Part shown: piece by piece, positions 1 to 9,747 of the stretch | Position numbering within the stretch: the first letter of the stretch is position 1 | Layout of the letters: every line of letters begins with the position of its first letter | Origin: Pseudomonas phage Motto | Direction: 5' to 3' (one strand) | Sequence record: ON843697.1 | DNA length: 49,960 nt | Program-made: the position numbers and the translations under genes | Notes under the pieces: model-generated | What the model was told of the DNA's origin: nothing | What the model saw: the letters and a program-made list of their open reading frames with translations, nothing else | The model's database searches: none

Positions 1-1572
1 ATGCTTATTTGGGAAGAATTAACAAAGCTGGAAAAATTAGCAATCAGGGAATTAAGCAAACAGGATTTTGACACGTTTGTTAAAATTTGGTTCCCTATCC
101 AGCAGGGCGAGAAGTGGATCCCTAACTGGCATCACCTTTACATAGCCAGGGCTATCGATGAAATTATTCAGGGTATCCGTAAAGATACGATTTTCAACGT
201 TACGCCCGGATCTGGCAAAACGGAATTGCTTTCGATCCATTTTCCGCCGTATTCATATTTAAAGCTGGACAAGGTTAGAAACCTGAATATTTCGTTTGCT
301 GACACTCTCGTTAAGCGAAATAGTAAGCGTGTGCGCGATCTGTTTAATTCTCCAGAGTGGCAAGAGCTTTACCCAGCCAAAACAGGGACGAGCCGCGATG
401 ATGAATTCCAGGTTCTGAACAGCGCAGGGAAAACGCACCTAGAAATGATCAGTAAATCTATGGGCGGTCAGATCACTGGTTCACGTGGCGGATATATTAC
501 GCCAGGAGTTTATTCCGGTTGCGTTACACTTGACGATCCAGAAAAGCCAGATGATATGTTTTCAAAGGTGAAGCGTGAGCGCGGTCAAATGATCGCGAAG
601 AACACCATTCGATCACGTCGCGCACATTCAGAGACGCCGATTATCGTTATTCAGCAGCGACTACACGCGCAGGATATGACCTGGTTTTTAATGAATGGCG
701 GAATGGGTATCGAGTTTGATCAGATATCAATTCCGGCGATGGTAACGAGAGAATACGGCGAATCATTGCCTGATTGGTTGAAGCCGCATTTTGAAAAGGA
801 TGTTCTTTCGTCTGAATCAGTTGTTATTGACGGAGTAGAATATTTTTCGTTCTGGCCTAAGAAGGAAAGTATTCATGACCTTGTGGCATTGCGTGAGGCT
901 GATTTATATACCTTCCTTTCGCAGTATCAGCAGGAGCCGATCGCGCTTGGCGGCAACGCTCTTGATGTTTCCTGGTTCCAGTATTACGGAACGGGAAGCA
1001 AAGCGACAATGCCAAAACCTGATAGATTTGATTACACTGTTATAACGGCAGATACCGCTCAGAAAGAAGGCGAGCTAAACGACTACTCTGTTTTGTGCTA
1101 TTGGGGGATGTTCAAGGGTCGCGCTTACTTTATTGATGGCGTTCGCGGCAAGTGGGAAGCGCCAATGCTGGAAACGCAATTCAAGGCATTTGTAAATCAA
1201 TGCTGGAAGCGCAATAAAGAATGCGGAACACTGCGAAAAATTTACGTAGAGGATAAGGCGAGCGGTACGGGCTTGATTCAGAATTGCCGGAAAGCATTCC
1301 CGATCGAGATTACGCCAGTGCAACGAGATAAAGACAAAGTGACGCGATGCATGGATGCGCAGCCAGTTATTAAAAATGGTTATGTTGTTCTTCCTGAATC
1401 TCATCACATGTTAAGTGAGTTTTTGGCAGAGGCGGCGGCATTCACCTATGATGATAGCCATCCTCATGATGACATTATGGATAACCTTTTTGACGTGGTT
1501 AACATCGAGATCAACCTTGCAGACAACGCTGTTGACAGAATGAAACGGCTTGCTGGATTAGCGAAGCGTTAA
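1..1572 (+). CDS. terL: terminase large subunit
   Basis: 523 aa; Walker-A-like TPGSGKTELL near the N-terminus, C-terminal nuclease-like region with acidic residues; first gene of the structural block and immediately follows terS across the window junction. Confidence 0.85.
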   Translation: MLIWEELTKLEKLAIRELSKQDFDTFVKIWFPIQQGEKWIPNWHHLYIARAIDEIIQGIRKDTIFNVTPGSGKTELLSIHFPPYSYLKLDKVRNLNISFADTLVKRNSKRVRDLFNSPEWQELYPAKTGTSRDDEFQVLNSAGKTHLEMISKSMGGQITGSRGGYITPGVYSGCVTLDDPEKPDDMFSKVKRERGQMIAKNTIRSRRAHSETPIIVIQQRLHAQDMTWFLMNGGMGIEFDQISIPAMVTREYGESLPDWLKPHFEKDVLSSESVVIDGVEYFSFWPKKESIHDLVALREADLYTFLSQYQQEPIALGGNALDVSWFQYYGTGSKATMPKPDRFDYTVITADTAQKEGELNDYSVLCYWGMFKGRAYFIDGVRGKWEAPMLETQFKAFVNQCWKRNKECGTLRKIYVEDKASGTGLIQNCRKAFPIEITPVQRDKDKVTRCMDAQPVIKNGYVVLPESHHMLSEFLAEAAAFTYDDSHPHDDIMDNLFDVVNIEINLADNAVDRMKRLAGLAKR

Positions 1573-1586
1573 CGTGTAAAATCAAA

Positions 1587-1611
1587 GGCTGGAATATTCC
1601 GGCCTTTTTAT
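1587..1611 (+). terminator. hairpin ggctggaatattccggcc + TTTTTATT, fused to RBS (ttttattggagac) of portal gene
   Basis: near-perfect inverted repeat followed by T-run, seen directly. Confidence 0.5.
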
Positions 1612-1624
1612 TGGAGACAAAACT

Positions 1625-2917
1625 ATGAGCGAAAAAATCAAATCGCTTAAAAGTGACGGCTATAATGAGGTTTTTAAAAGTGGTAAAACCGCTTTTCAGC
1701 CAGTCGCTTTTTATATGCAAGGCGCTAACTTTACAAGCCTTGCAAATTTTTATGAAGAAGATGGAATGGCGCGGAGAATTATCGACGTAATTCCCGAAGA
1801 AATGGTTTCTCCTGGTTTCAAAGTTGACGGCGTAAAGGATGAGAAAGCGTTTAAATCAACTTGGGACGGGTTGCGCCTAAACGGTAAAATTATTGATGCT
1901 CTTGCGTGGTCTCGTTTATTTGGCGGATCTGGTTTGCTGGCAATGGTAAAGGACAACCGGAAATTAACTTCACCAGTCAAAGAAGGTGCGAAACTTGAAG
2001 GTGTCGTTGTTTATGATCGCAATCAGATCACAGTGTCAAAGCGCGTAACAAATATTCGCAGTGTTCGCTATGGAGAACCTGAGTTATACAAAATCGCGCC
2101 CGGTGGAAATGTTGATCCGTTTGAGGTTCATTACACGCGCATTTATATTAGTGACGGCGAGCGAGTATCGAACCGGACGCGCAAACAAAATGATGGCTGG
2201 GGCGCAAGTGTTCTAAACGCTCGTCTTGTTGAAGCAATCGTTGATTATAACTATTGCCACGAATTAGCAACGCAATTGCTACGCAGAAAACAACAAGCAG
2301 TATGGAAAGCGAAAGACCTTGCTCAGATGTGCGATGATGATGAAGGGCGTTACGCAGCACGTTTGCGCCTGGCGCAAGTTGACGATGAAAGCGGGGTTGG
2401 AAAGGCGATCGGTATCGACGCAACAGATGAGGAATACACGATCCTAAACTCTGACGTTTCCGGCGTACCTGAATTCTTGCAAGAGAAAATCGATCGCATT
2501 GTGTCACTAACTGGCATTCATGAAATTATCCTCAAAAATAAGAACACTGGCGGCGTTTCAGCGAGTCAGAATACTGCGTTAAGCACTTTCTACAAGATGA
2601 TTGATCGCAAGCGCGAGGATGAATACAGGCCGCTTCTGGAGTTCCTTTTGCCGTTCATTATCGACGAGGAAGAATGGAGCATCGAGTTTGAACCGCTGAC
2701 CGTTCCGAGCGACAAAGAGAAATCTGAGATCCTGGCTAAAAACGTCGAATCTGTTGTTAAGGCGAAAGCGGAACAAATCATTGATCTGAAAGAGTCGCGG
2801 GAAACGTTGCGCTCTATTTGTCCTGAGCTTAAAATCAGCGACAGCGACACAATCAAGATCGAGGAGCCGCAGGACGTAGATCCGGAGCCAGGTCAAGAAG
2901 GAGGATTGAATAAATGA
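1625..2917 (+). CDS. portal protein
   Basis: 430 aa, directly downstream of terL, acidic C-terminus; position and size typical of siphophage portal. Confidence 0.7.
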   Translation: MSEKIKSLKSDGYNEVFKSGKTAFQPVAFYMQGANFTSLANFYEEDGMARRIIDVIPEEMVSPGFKVDGVKDEKAFKSTWDGLRLNGKIIDALAWSRLFGGSGLLAMVKDNRKLTSPVKEGAKLEGVVVYDRNQITVSKRVTNIRSVRYGEPELYKIAPGGNVDPFEVHYTRIYISDGERVSNRTRKQNDGWGASVLNARLVEAIVDYNYCHELATQLLRRKQQAVWKAKDLAQMCDDDEGRYAARLRLAQVDDESGVGKAIGIDATDEEYTILNSDVSGVPEFLQEKIDRIVSLTGIHEIILKNKNTGGVSASQNTALSTFYKMIDRKREDEYRPLLEFLLPFIIDEEEWSIEFEPLTVPSDKEKSEILAKNVESVVKAKAEQIIDLKESRETLRSICPELKISDSDTIKIEEPQDVDPEPGQEGGLNK

Positions 2918-3585
2918 TGTTTCCCGAAATGACAGAAAGCGACGTTAAAAACGCGCTTGATGAATTAGCGGTTAATATCACTGAGAACGGAGAAGATGTA
3001 GAGGCGGCAATTGCCGCCTTTATGACTCTCGTTTTTGGTTTCGCAATGACCGCTTACAAATATCATACGCGCCAATTTATCAGGATGGCGCAGCGTACAG
3101 GAGGGAAGAATAATCGATCCGTCATTCTCCTGATTGGTGGCGTTTACGGAAATGCTAATGAGCCGTGGTTCAATACAAAATATGCAACGTGGCGCGATTT
3201 AATAGCGGCATCAGTTAGAAAGTTTGCGTATAATGTGCTCGACGATTGGGAAGTTCAGCAGAAAATGAATGATCTTCAAGAGCAACAGGAGACGAAAAAA
3301 CAGATCCAGAAAAGATTACAAAAATATAAAGCGTGGGCGAAAAATCGCTCCGCTGGTTTTGTTGGGTCATGGTATTCTGTTTTGATGTATCAGCGAGTAG
3401 TTGACGCAGGAGTTACCCATTATATTTGGCGTACTCAAGAAGATAACCGCGTCCGTCCTGGTCATGTTGTTCTTAACATGAAAAGGATCTCACTTGCTAT
3501 AAAGCATATTTTTCCGGGGCAAGAATATAATTGTCGATGCTGGGCGCAACCGGATTGGAGCACAGAAAGCGAGGTATATTTATGA
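2914..3585 (+). CDS. minor head / head morphogenesis protein (Mu F / SPP1 gp7-like)
   Basis: 223 aa following portal, ATGA overlap with portal stop; C-terminal YNCRCW motif region typical of Mu F-like family. Confidence 0.55.
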   Translation: MMFPEMTESDVKNALDELAVNITENGEDVEAAIAAFMTLVFGFAMTAYKYHTRQFIRMAQRTGGKNNRSVILLIGGVYGNANEPWFNTKYATWRDLIAASVRKFAYNVLDDWEVQQKMNDLQEQQETKKQIQKRLQKYKAWAKNRSAGFVGSWYSVLMYQRVVDAGVTHYIWRTQEDNRVRPGHVVLNMKRISLAIKHIFPGQEYNCRCWAQPDWSTESEVYL

Positions 3586-4697
3586 AGAAGGTTCAACGCT
3601 TTGATAGCGTAAAAGTAAAGGCACATTTTGACGAGAACGGATTTTTAGTTGATCGTCCTATTGTCGCCCGTATTGGTTTGCAGATTTACCAGACGCCACA
3701 CGGAGAGCGGCGAGAATTCCGCCCCGCTTCCGAGGTTTTTAAGGCTGACAGCCTGGCAACCTATGCAGGGAAACCAATCACGGTTGGACACGTAACAGTT
3801 ACGCCGGAAAACGCGGATCAGGTTGTGGTTGGTTCTTGTGCTGGCGCTGGCGTCCCTAATGGGATCGGGGTTGAAGCGCCGTTAAGCATTTATGTAAAAC
3901 GAGCCATCGAAAGCGCAAAGAAACGTGATACGGCTGAAATCAGCGTTGGTTATACTTCCGTTGATATCGAAAAGCCTGGTTGGGGCTGTAACAAAACTGG
4001 TGAGTACATCTTTGAAGAAGATCTAAAAGCAGGTGAACAGCCGCCAGAAGGATGGGTTAAATTTGACGCGCTTCAAACTAACATCAGCGTGAATCATATT
4101 GCGCTGGTATTTAAAGGCCGCGCCGGAATTGCTAAATTGAATCTTGATAGTGAGCAAGAATTTCCGTATGATAGCGATGTTAAATTTGATGGTGATGGAG
4201 AGATGAATATGACTGTAAAAATCAAGCTTGACGGGGCGGTTGAATTTGACGTTCCGAAAGAGGTTGCAACGTTTATCGACAACCTGAAAAACCAGGTAAC
4301 TACCGCTAATGAAAAAGCCGATGGCCTGGAAGCGGAGCGCGATACTCTGAAAACCAAAGTAGACAGCATTCCGGCGCAGATTGAAGAAGCGTTGAAAAAA
4401 GCGAAAGCTGACGCTGATGAACTGGCGGCTATTGTTGCCGTTGCTAAAGAAGCTGGCGTTAAAACTGACGGCCTGGACGCGAAAGGCGTTAAGCTGGCTT
4501 TTATCAAGGAAGTAACTGGTAAAGATATTAGCGAAAAATCGGACGCCTATATTGAAGCGGCTTTTGATATGGCTAAAGATCTGGATGTTACCGCCGAAAA
4601 CCGCGCAACCGTAAAAGGTGACGCAGAGAAACAGACAAAAGAAGATGGCGAAGATGCTCCTCTGAATCCTTCCGACCGTCTGAACAAAATCAAGTAA
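3582..4697 (+). CDS. capsid scaffolding protein (possibly with N-terminal protease-like region)
   Basis: start ATG 3582 with RBS gagg 9 nt upstream and ttATGAag overlap with previous stop; C-terminal half is charged/coiled-coil (EAERDTLKTKVDSIPAQIEEALKKAKADADELAAIVAVAKEAG). Track start 3531 lies inside previous gene. Confidence 0.55.
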   Translation: MKKVQRFDSVKVKAHFDENGFLVDRPIVARIGLQIYQTPHGERREFRPASEVFKADSLATYAGKPITVGHVTVTPENADQVVVGSCAGAGVPNGIGVEAPLSIYVKRAIESAKKRDTAEISVGYTSVDIEKPGWGCNKTGEYIFEEDLKAGEQPPEGWVKFDALQTNISVNHIALVFKGRAGIAKLNLDSEQEFPYDSDVKFDGDGEMNMTVKIKLDGAVEFDVPKEVATFIDNLKNQVTTANEKADGLEAERDTLKTKVDSIPAQIEEALKKAKADADELAAIVAVAKEAGVKTDGLDAKGVKLAFIKEVTGKDISEKSDAYIEAAFDMAKDLDVTAENRATVKGDAEKQTKEDGEDAPLNPSDRLNKIK

Positions 4698-4712
4698 TAG
4701 GAGATAAAAATT

Positions 4713-5234
4713 ATGGCACAGATTAACGCGGCTTACGCGGTTGAAATGGCTTACGCTCTGCCTGGGCAGGTTTCTGACACTTCCGCCTATAACATCGACG
4801 GCGCTTGTGTGGTAGACGATGAAGCGGCAGCAGTGATCAAACCTGGTTATGCGGTAACTGTAAAATCAGTTGATGCAGAAGGCCACAAAGTTATTCAGGC
4901 GCTAGGCGCTAAGGCTTATGGCGTTGCGATCCGCTCTCATGCTTACACTGAAAACGTAAACGGCGAAATGGTTTACACCCAGGGCGGCGGCATTAACGTA
5001 ATGACTCATGGGCGCGTTTGGGTTGTAACCAAAGATGAAGCGGCACAGACCTTTGACACTCCTGTTAAACTCACCGCAGCAGGTGAAGCAGACGCAGAAG
5101 CCGGAACCGTGGCGACTGGATGGACTTATACGGGACAGTTTACCGTGTGGGGAGAAGGTAGCACCGCCGTGAATCTGGCGGAAATTCAGATCACGCAGAA
5201 TGCACCGATTCCGGCAGCAGCGCCAGCAGAGTAA
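4713..5234 (+). CDS. putative head decoration / capsid accessory protein (gpD-like)
   Basis: 173 aa Ala/Gly/Thr-rich, strong RBS aggag, between scaffold and capsid genes. Confidence 0.4.
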   Translation: MAQINAAYAVEMAYALPGQVSDTSAYNIDGACVVDDEAAAVIKPGYAVTVKSVDAEGHKVIQALGAKAYGVAIRSHAYTENVNGEMVYTQGGGINVMTHGRVWVVTKDEAAQTFDTPVKLTAAGEADAEAGTVATGWTYTGQFTVWGEGSTAVNLAEIQITQNAPIPAAAPAE

Positions 5235-5239
5235 TAATA

Positions 5240-5268
5240 AAAGCGCCTTAACGGGCGCTTTTCTATTT
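5240..5268 (+). terminator. intrinsic terminator aaagcgcc ttaacg ggcgcttttctattt
   Basis: inverted repeat + T-run right after stop at 5234. Confidence 0.6.
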
Positions 5269-5278
5269 GGGGTGAATT

Positions 5279-5695
5279 ATGGATTACAGACCTATTAATT
5301 TTAGCCCTTGCCCTGGTAATTTGCAGGACTCTACAACTTACACCATTAACGGGACGTGCTACGCGGTTGATGATCTTATCCCTGGTGAAATAGTCAGCGT
5401 TATTGAAACCAATCAGAGATATAAAGGCATTGGCAAGTTTAACGGCAATCCGTTTGGTGTCGTATTTATGGATGGTTGCAATTATCAAGAATGTGATCCG
5501 ATTCCAGTTGTATCAAAAGGAAAGATTTTTGCGTTAACCAGATTGCAAGAACAACCTGAACCATTACAACAGGTGTATGTTGATGATGAAGGGCTTGCGT
5601 CACTGACTGGTGTCATTTTCGATCGATGTTTATTCACCGGAACGTTTTACAGGGTAAATTACGATCTCTCGATTGTTGGCATTCAGCTACCATAA
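5279..5695 (+). CDS. hypothetical structural-region protein (Cys-containing)
   Basis: 138 aa ORF with RBS ggggtgaattATG; no recognisable motif. Confidence 0.45.
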   Translation: MDYRPINFSPCPGNLQDSTTYTINGTCYAVDDLIPGEIVSVIETNQRYKGIGKFNGNPFGVVFMDGCNYQECDPIPVVSKGKIFALTRLQEQPEPLQQVYVDDEGLASLTGVIFDRCLFTGTFYRVNYDLSIVGIQLP

Positions 5696-5702
5696 AAAAG
5701 GC

Positions 5703-5730
5703 TTGAACGTTTAACAAAAAATGCTATATT
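5703..5730 (+). promoter_or_regulatory. sigma70-like promoter TTGAAC-16-TATATT upstream of major capsid gene; spacer contains an inverted copy of the cassette 18-mer (TTTAACAAAAAATGCTA)
   Basis: hexamers and spacing read directly. Confidence 0.45.
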
Positions 5731-5732
5731 AA

Positions 5733-5757
5733 AGCCGTTATTATGACGGCTTTTTAA
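5733..5757 (+). terminator. hairpin agccgt TATTATG acggct + TTTTT in 5' leader of capsid gene
   Basis: 6-bp stem, loop TATTATG (same box as cassette family), T-run. Confidence 0.4.
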
Positions 5758-5770
5758 TAGGGGAAAAACT

Positions 5771-6733
5771 ATGTCTAAAGAAACGAAATATGATGAGTTT
5801 GAAGCTGGTGTTGTTGGCTCTTACTTGCAGCAGGTAGGCACGTCAAAGAATGATGCCGTCACCGCTGGGATCTGGACTGCACAAGAACTGCACAAGATCA
5901 AATCTCAGGCTTACGAAAAAGAATATCCGGCTGGTTCCGCTCTCCGTGTATTCCCTGTAACCAACGAACTGAGCGACACCGATAAGACTTTCGAATACCA
6001 GATTTTCGATAAAGTCGGCCTAGCTCAGATTATCGCCGATTACACTGATGATCTGCCAACTGTAGACGCTCTGATGCGTTCCGAGTTTGGCAAAGTGTTC
6101 CGCCTGGGTAACGCCTTCCTGATCTCCATTGACGAAATCAAAGCAGGTCAGCGCACTGGTAAATCTCTGTCTACTCGCAAGGCTAACGCCGCGCAACTGG
6201 CACATGATCAGCTTGTTAACCGTCTGGTGTTTAAAGGCTCCAAGCCGCACAAAATTCCGAGCGTGTTCGAGCATCCGAATATCGCGAAGATTGTTTCCGC
6301 CAAATGGCTGGACGGCGAAACCAAAAAACCGGAAACCGCACAGGATGAACTTGAGAAAGCCATTGAACTGATCGAGACTCAGACCAACGGTATGCATCGC
6401 GCTACCCACATTCTGATCCCGCCGTCAATGCGTAAAGTTCTGATGGTTCGTATGCCTGAAACTACCGAAAGCTATCTTGACTATTTCATGAAGCAGAACG
6501 GCGGTATTACGATCGAATCCATTTCCGAGCTTGAAAACTATGACGGCGCAGGAAATAAAGCCGTACTGGTTTACGAAAAAGATCCGATGAACATGAGCAT
6601 TGAAATTCCAGAAGCGTTCAACATGCTTCCGGCTCAGGCTAAAGACCTGCATTTTAAAGTGCCTTGCACCTCCAAATGCACTGGCCTGACGATTTACCGC
6701 CCGTTAACCCTTGTGTTAATCACTGGCGTGTAA
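5771..6733 (+). CDS. major capsid protein
   Basis: 320 aa, strong RBS, flanked by promoter upstream and strong terminator downstream (high-expression signature); position in head module. Confidence 0.7.
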   Translation: MSKETKYDEFEAGVVGSYLQQVGTSKNDAVTAGIWTAQELHKIKSQAYEKEYPAGSALRVFPVTNELSDTDKTFEYQIFDKVGLAQIIADYTDDLPTVDALMRSEFGKVFRLGNAFLISIDEIKAGQRTGKSLSTRKANAAQLAHDQLVNRLVFKGSKPHKIPSVFEHPNIAKIVSAKWLDGETKKPETAQDELEKAIELIETQTNGMHRATHILIPPSMRKVLMVRMPETTESYLDYFMKQNGGITIESISELENYDGAGNKAVLVYEKDPMNMSIEIPEAFNMLPAQAKDLHFKVPCTSKCTGLTIYRPLTLVLITGV

Positions 6734-6741
6734 TAATATTA

Positions 6742-6768
6742 GGGAATCCGAAAGGGTTCCCTTTTTTA
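6742..6768 (+). terminator. intrinsic terminator gggaatccgaaagggttccc + TTTTTTATT
   Basis: seen directly after capsid stop. Confidence 0.7.
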
Positions 6769-6785
6769 TTGATGGAGAAATCAAA

Positions 6786-7058
6786 ATGGCTGCAAAAAAA
6801 ATCATGCTTGTTAACACTGGTCTTTGTGTAATTTTTTTCAACGGTGAAAAGCTGATGCCGGAACAGGAAATGGAAGTTAAAGAAAAAGACCTTGAACTGC
6901 CTGGCATTGAATCCGCAATCATGCGCGGCGAGCTTACCGTTAAAGATAACAGCGAGCTAAACACGGAAGTTAAAGAGCGCGTTTCTAAACGCAAGAAAAA
7001 AGATCCAGATGAAGGCAAGACAAAAGATCAGCTTGAGGATGGCGGCGAATACAAATAA
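6786..7058 (+). CDS. hypothetical protein (Lys/Glu-rich, 90 aa)
   Basis: ORF with RBS ggagaaatcaaaATG between two terminators. Confidence 0.45.
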   Translation: MAAKKIMLVNTGLCVIFFNGEKLMPEQEMEVKEKDLELPGIESAIMRGELTVKDNSELNTEVKERVSKRKKKDPDEGKTKDQLEDGGEYK

Positions 7059-7064
7059 AATTAA

Positions 7065-7088
7065 GGGCGCATAAGCGCCCTTTTTTAT
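7065..7088 (+). terminator. terminator gggcgcataagcgccc + TTTTTTATTGGAGGT (terminator-RBS module)
   Basis: seen directly. Confidence 0.7.
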
Positions 7089-7099
7089 TGGAGGTTTCC

Positions 7100-7498
7100 A
7101 TGAATGAAATCATTGAACAGATTTACAAATTGGCTCCGCCATTCAGGAAAATTGATCCTGAATTGCTAGAATCCTGGATTGAGCTTGCTCAGGATTTTGT
7201 ATGCCCGAACAGATTTGGTGATAAATACAATCGCGCTGTTGCGCTTTACACTCTCCACCTAATGACGATTAACGGAGCAATGAAGCAGGAAAGCGAAAGC
7301 GTAGAATCGTATTCTCAACGAATCGCATCTTTCTCTCTGACTGGTGAATTTTCGCAAACTTTCTCTAAGGTTAGCGACGACACTAGCGGAAACGTACTGA
7401 GAGAAACGCCATTCGGAAAAATGTATGAGATCCTCAACAAGAAGAAAGGCGGCGGCTTTGGTTTGACTACCGGATTAAGGCGGAGGTGTTGCCGATGA
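7100..7498 (+). CDS. putative head-tail connector / head completion protein
   Basis: ATG 7100 five nt after GGAGG; track start 7088 is TTG inside the RBS; 133 aa, position between capsid and neck genes. Confidence 0.45.
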   Translation: MNEIIEQIYKLAPPFRKIDPELLESWIELAQDFVCPNRFGDKYNRAVALYTLHLMTINGAMKQESESVESYSQRIASFSLTGEFSQTFSKVSDDTSGNVLRETPFGKMYEILNKKKGGGFGLTTGLRRRCCR

Positions 7499-7866
7499 AC
7501 TACGGAAATATTGCAAATCTTGCCACGGCTGGGATCGCGTTTTTCAGTGATAGCGACGGTTATTTTGATTGCATCACGCAACAGGGAAGCGTTGAGATCG
7601 TAAATGGAGTTGAGGTTGATAAACCTGAAATTAGAACGAAAATTTACGGCCTTGTACGCTCGCCACGTGTGCGAGAGGTTGACGGTGAACGAATCATTGC
7701 GACAGACAAGCTAGGCGTTTTTAACAACGCTGTAGAGCTTAAAAACGGCTATCAAGTTATTATTGATGGTGAGCGCTACATCATTAAAGAAACAAGACCA
7801 ATCAGGCAGACAAGCACGACTGTTGCCTATCGCCCGATAATGCGGAGGGTTTCGGTTCATGCCTAA
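7495..7866 (+). CDS. putative head-tail joining protein
   Basis: ATG 7495 overlaps previous stop (ATGA), RBS ggagg 8 nt upstream; track start 7486 is GTG. Confidence 0.45.
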   Translation: MNYGNIANLATAGIAFFSDSDGYFDCITQQGSVEIVNGVEVDKPEIRTKIYGLVRSPRVREVDGERIIATDKLGVFNNAVELKNGYQVIIDGERYIIKETRPIRQTSTTVAYRPIMRRVSVHA

Positions 7867-8299
7867 CTACACGATTAGAGAATTTCACGGAAACGTGGAT
7901 AAGTGGATCGAGAGTGTAGAGAGCGGTCTTAATGATGTGATCCAGATATTCGGCGAAAAGGTTCACGGCGCATTGGTTTACCTTGCGCCTGTTGACACTG
8001 GTCGATTCAGGGCTAACATGCAGATCACAGCAAACAAGCCGCCGCTTTATGCGCTCAACGATTACGACAAAGACGGCGGAGACACTAAAGCGAGAGGAAA
8101 GCGGCAATTATACGCATTGCTTCACGGTGGCGGCGCTATCCATTCCATTTACTTCTCCAATATGCTGATATACGCAAACGCGCTTGAGTATGGTCATTCT
8201 AAGCAAGCACCCGCTGGCGTATTCGGTATTGTTGCGATCCGCTTGCGTTCATATATGGCTCAGGCAATTAAAGAGGCGAGGATGAAAAATGCATTATGA
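7859..8299 (+). CDS. neck / tail-completion protein (HK97 gp10-like)
   Basis: 146 aa with APVDTGRFRANMQI motif characteristic of HK97 gp10 family. Confidence 0.55.
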   Translation: MPNYTIREFHGNVDKWIESVESGLNDVIQIFGEKVHGALVYLAPVDTGRFRANMQITANKPPLYALNDYDKDGGDTKARGKRQLYALLHGGGAIHSIYFSNMLIYANALEYGHSKQAPAGVFGIVAIRLRSYMAQAIKEARMKNAL

Positions 8300-8684
8300 A
8301 TTATCTGTTGCCGCTCGCGTGGCATTGGCTGAACAATTCGGAAATGCGTTTCCGATCCAATATGAAAACGTTGATTTTGTTCCGCCGTCTGATGGTGGTA
8401 TTTATCTGAAGTATGATTACACGGATGCGGATACGGAATTTTTATCACTGGATCGTAAGTGCAAATCTTATATCGGAATGGTTCAGGTTGGGATCACTTT
8501 TCCGCCTGGTTCTGGAGCTGACAAGGCGCGGCGTATCGCAAAAGATATTGCTGATTTCTTTGAGGATGGTAAAATGCTTTCGACTGGTTATATTTCAGAA
8601 GGTGCAATTACGCACAAATTACAAAAATCAGAAACGGGATGGTTCTATCCGGTTCGTTTCTACGTTCGTTTTGATGGTAAATAA
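8289..8684 (+). CDS. putative tail terminator (gpU-like)
   Basis: 131 aa between neck protein and tail tube gene. Confidence 0.4.
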   Translation: MHYELSVAARVALAEQFGNAFPIQYENVDFVPPSDGGIYLKYDYTDADTEFLSLDRKCKSYIGMVQVGITFPPGSGADKARRIAKDIADFFEDGKMLSTGYISEGAITHKLQKSETGWFYPVRFYVRFDGK

Positions 8685-8695
8685 GGGGGCATAAT

Positions 8696-9358
8696 ATGCA
8701 CTTACCGAATGGATCACAAATTTTCGTCGAGAACATGCGCGGCGAATCAAAAGACGCAACCGCGATCACTAACGCAAAGAATCCGGTTTTCACTGTTGCC
8801 GCTGGCGGCGCTGATTTTGCAAAGGGTGATTATATTATCATCACCGCTGCAAGCTGGGGTAAGTTGCTTGATCGAGTTCTGCGCGTCACTGCATCAGAAG
8901 ATACAAGCGTAACCGTTGAAGGTATCGACACCAGTGACACCAACGTTTTTCCTGCTGGCAATGTAACCGCCTCTTTCGCAAAAATCGAGGGCTGGACTGA
9001 GATCCCATGTGTACAAGACTTGGGGCAAGACGGCGGCGAACAGCAGTTTTACACTTATCAGTGTCTGGCAGACGATCAGGAACAGCAGTTACCGACCTAT
9101 AAGAGCGCGGTTTCTCTGACTTACTCGTTTGCGCATGAATACGATAACCCGATTTATACGCTGTTGCGTAAAGCTGACGAATCCGGCGACGTCAAAGCGT
9201 TGCGCATGTATGTACCGAAAGCGAAAGAAATGCGTTGCTGGGCTGGCGTCCTGTCTTTCAACGAGATTCCACAGACCGCAGTTAACGAAATGGAAACTGT
9301 TTCTCTGTCTGTATCTCTGAAAGGGCGTTTCACCTTCCTTCCGGCTTCCGTAGAGTAA
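8696..9358 (+). CDS. major tail tube protein (gpV-like)
   Basis: 220 aa, RBS ggggcataatATG, followed by strong terminator; precedes G/GT chaperone pair as in lambda-like tails. Confidence 0.6.
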   Translation: MHLPNGSQIFVENMRGESKDATAITNAKNPVFTVAAGGADFAKGDYIIITAASWGKLLDRVLRVTASEDTSVTVEGIDTSDTNVFPAGNVTASFAKIEGWTEIPCVQDLGQDGGEQQFYTYQCLADDQEQQLPTYKSAVSLTYSFAHEYDNPIYTLLRKADESGDVKALRMYVPKAKEMRCWAGVLSFNEIPQTAVNEMETVSLSVSLKGRFTFLPASVE

Positions 9359-9365
9359 CAAACAA

Positions 9366-9390
9366 GGGGCGCATTGCGTCCCTTTTTTAT
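9366..9390 (+). terminator. terminator ggggcgcattgcgtccc + TTTTTTATTT
   Basis: stem with one G-U pair plus T-run. Confidence 0.6.
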
Positions 9391-9432
9391 TTGGTGTAAT
9401 ATCAAGCCAGTTTCAAACAGGAGAATAAAACA

Positions 9433-9747
9433 ATGGCTAAAATGAAATTGAAAACTGTTAAGCGTCTGCCTGACTTCTGGCTTCCGGTTGAGTTTGTATT
9501 GCCAGACGGCAACGTAGCAGAATTTAAATTTAAAGTTAAACATCACACTTCCGACGAACTGAAAGAAATCACCGGACGCGAGCAAGACGATATCGAATTC
9601 ATTCTAGCCATCGCTACTGGCTGGGATCTTGAAGATGAATTTAATATCGAAAATGTTTCCGATCTAGTTAAGACTTATCCGGCGGCGGTGCTTGCACTGA
9701 TGGGTAACTACATGAAAGCGCTGGTTGGTCAACGCGTAAAAAACTAA
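9433..9747 (+). CDS. tail assembly chaperone G
   Basis: 104 aa; ends with slippery A_AAA_AAC immediately before stop TAA 9745-9747. Confidence 0.7.
   Translation: MAKMKLKTVKRLPDFWLPVEFVLPDGNVAEFKFKVKHHTSDELKEITGREQDDIEFILAIATGWDLEDEFNIENVSDLVKTYPAAVLALMGNYMKALVGQRVKN

Noticed and set aside
7088-7102. N-terminal extensions in the ORF track from TTG/GTG starts
   Set aside because: The affected track starts are 7088, 7486, 13065, 13420, 15444, 22053, 27311, 31446, 32638, 33363, 45796, 46988 and 48901. In every case an ATG with a canonical GGAGG-type RBS 5-10 nt upstream lies a few codons downstream, often in ATGA/TAATG overlap with the previous stop. The track starts fall inside the RBS or the previous gene.
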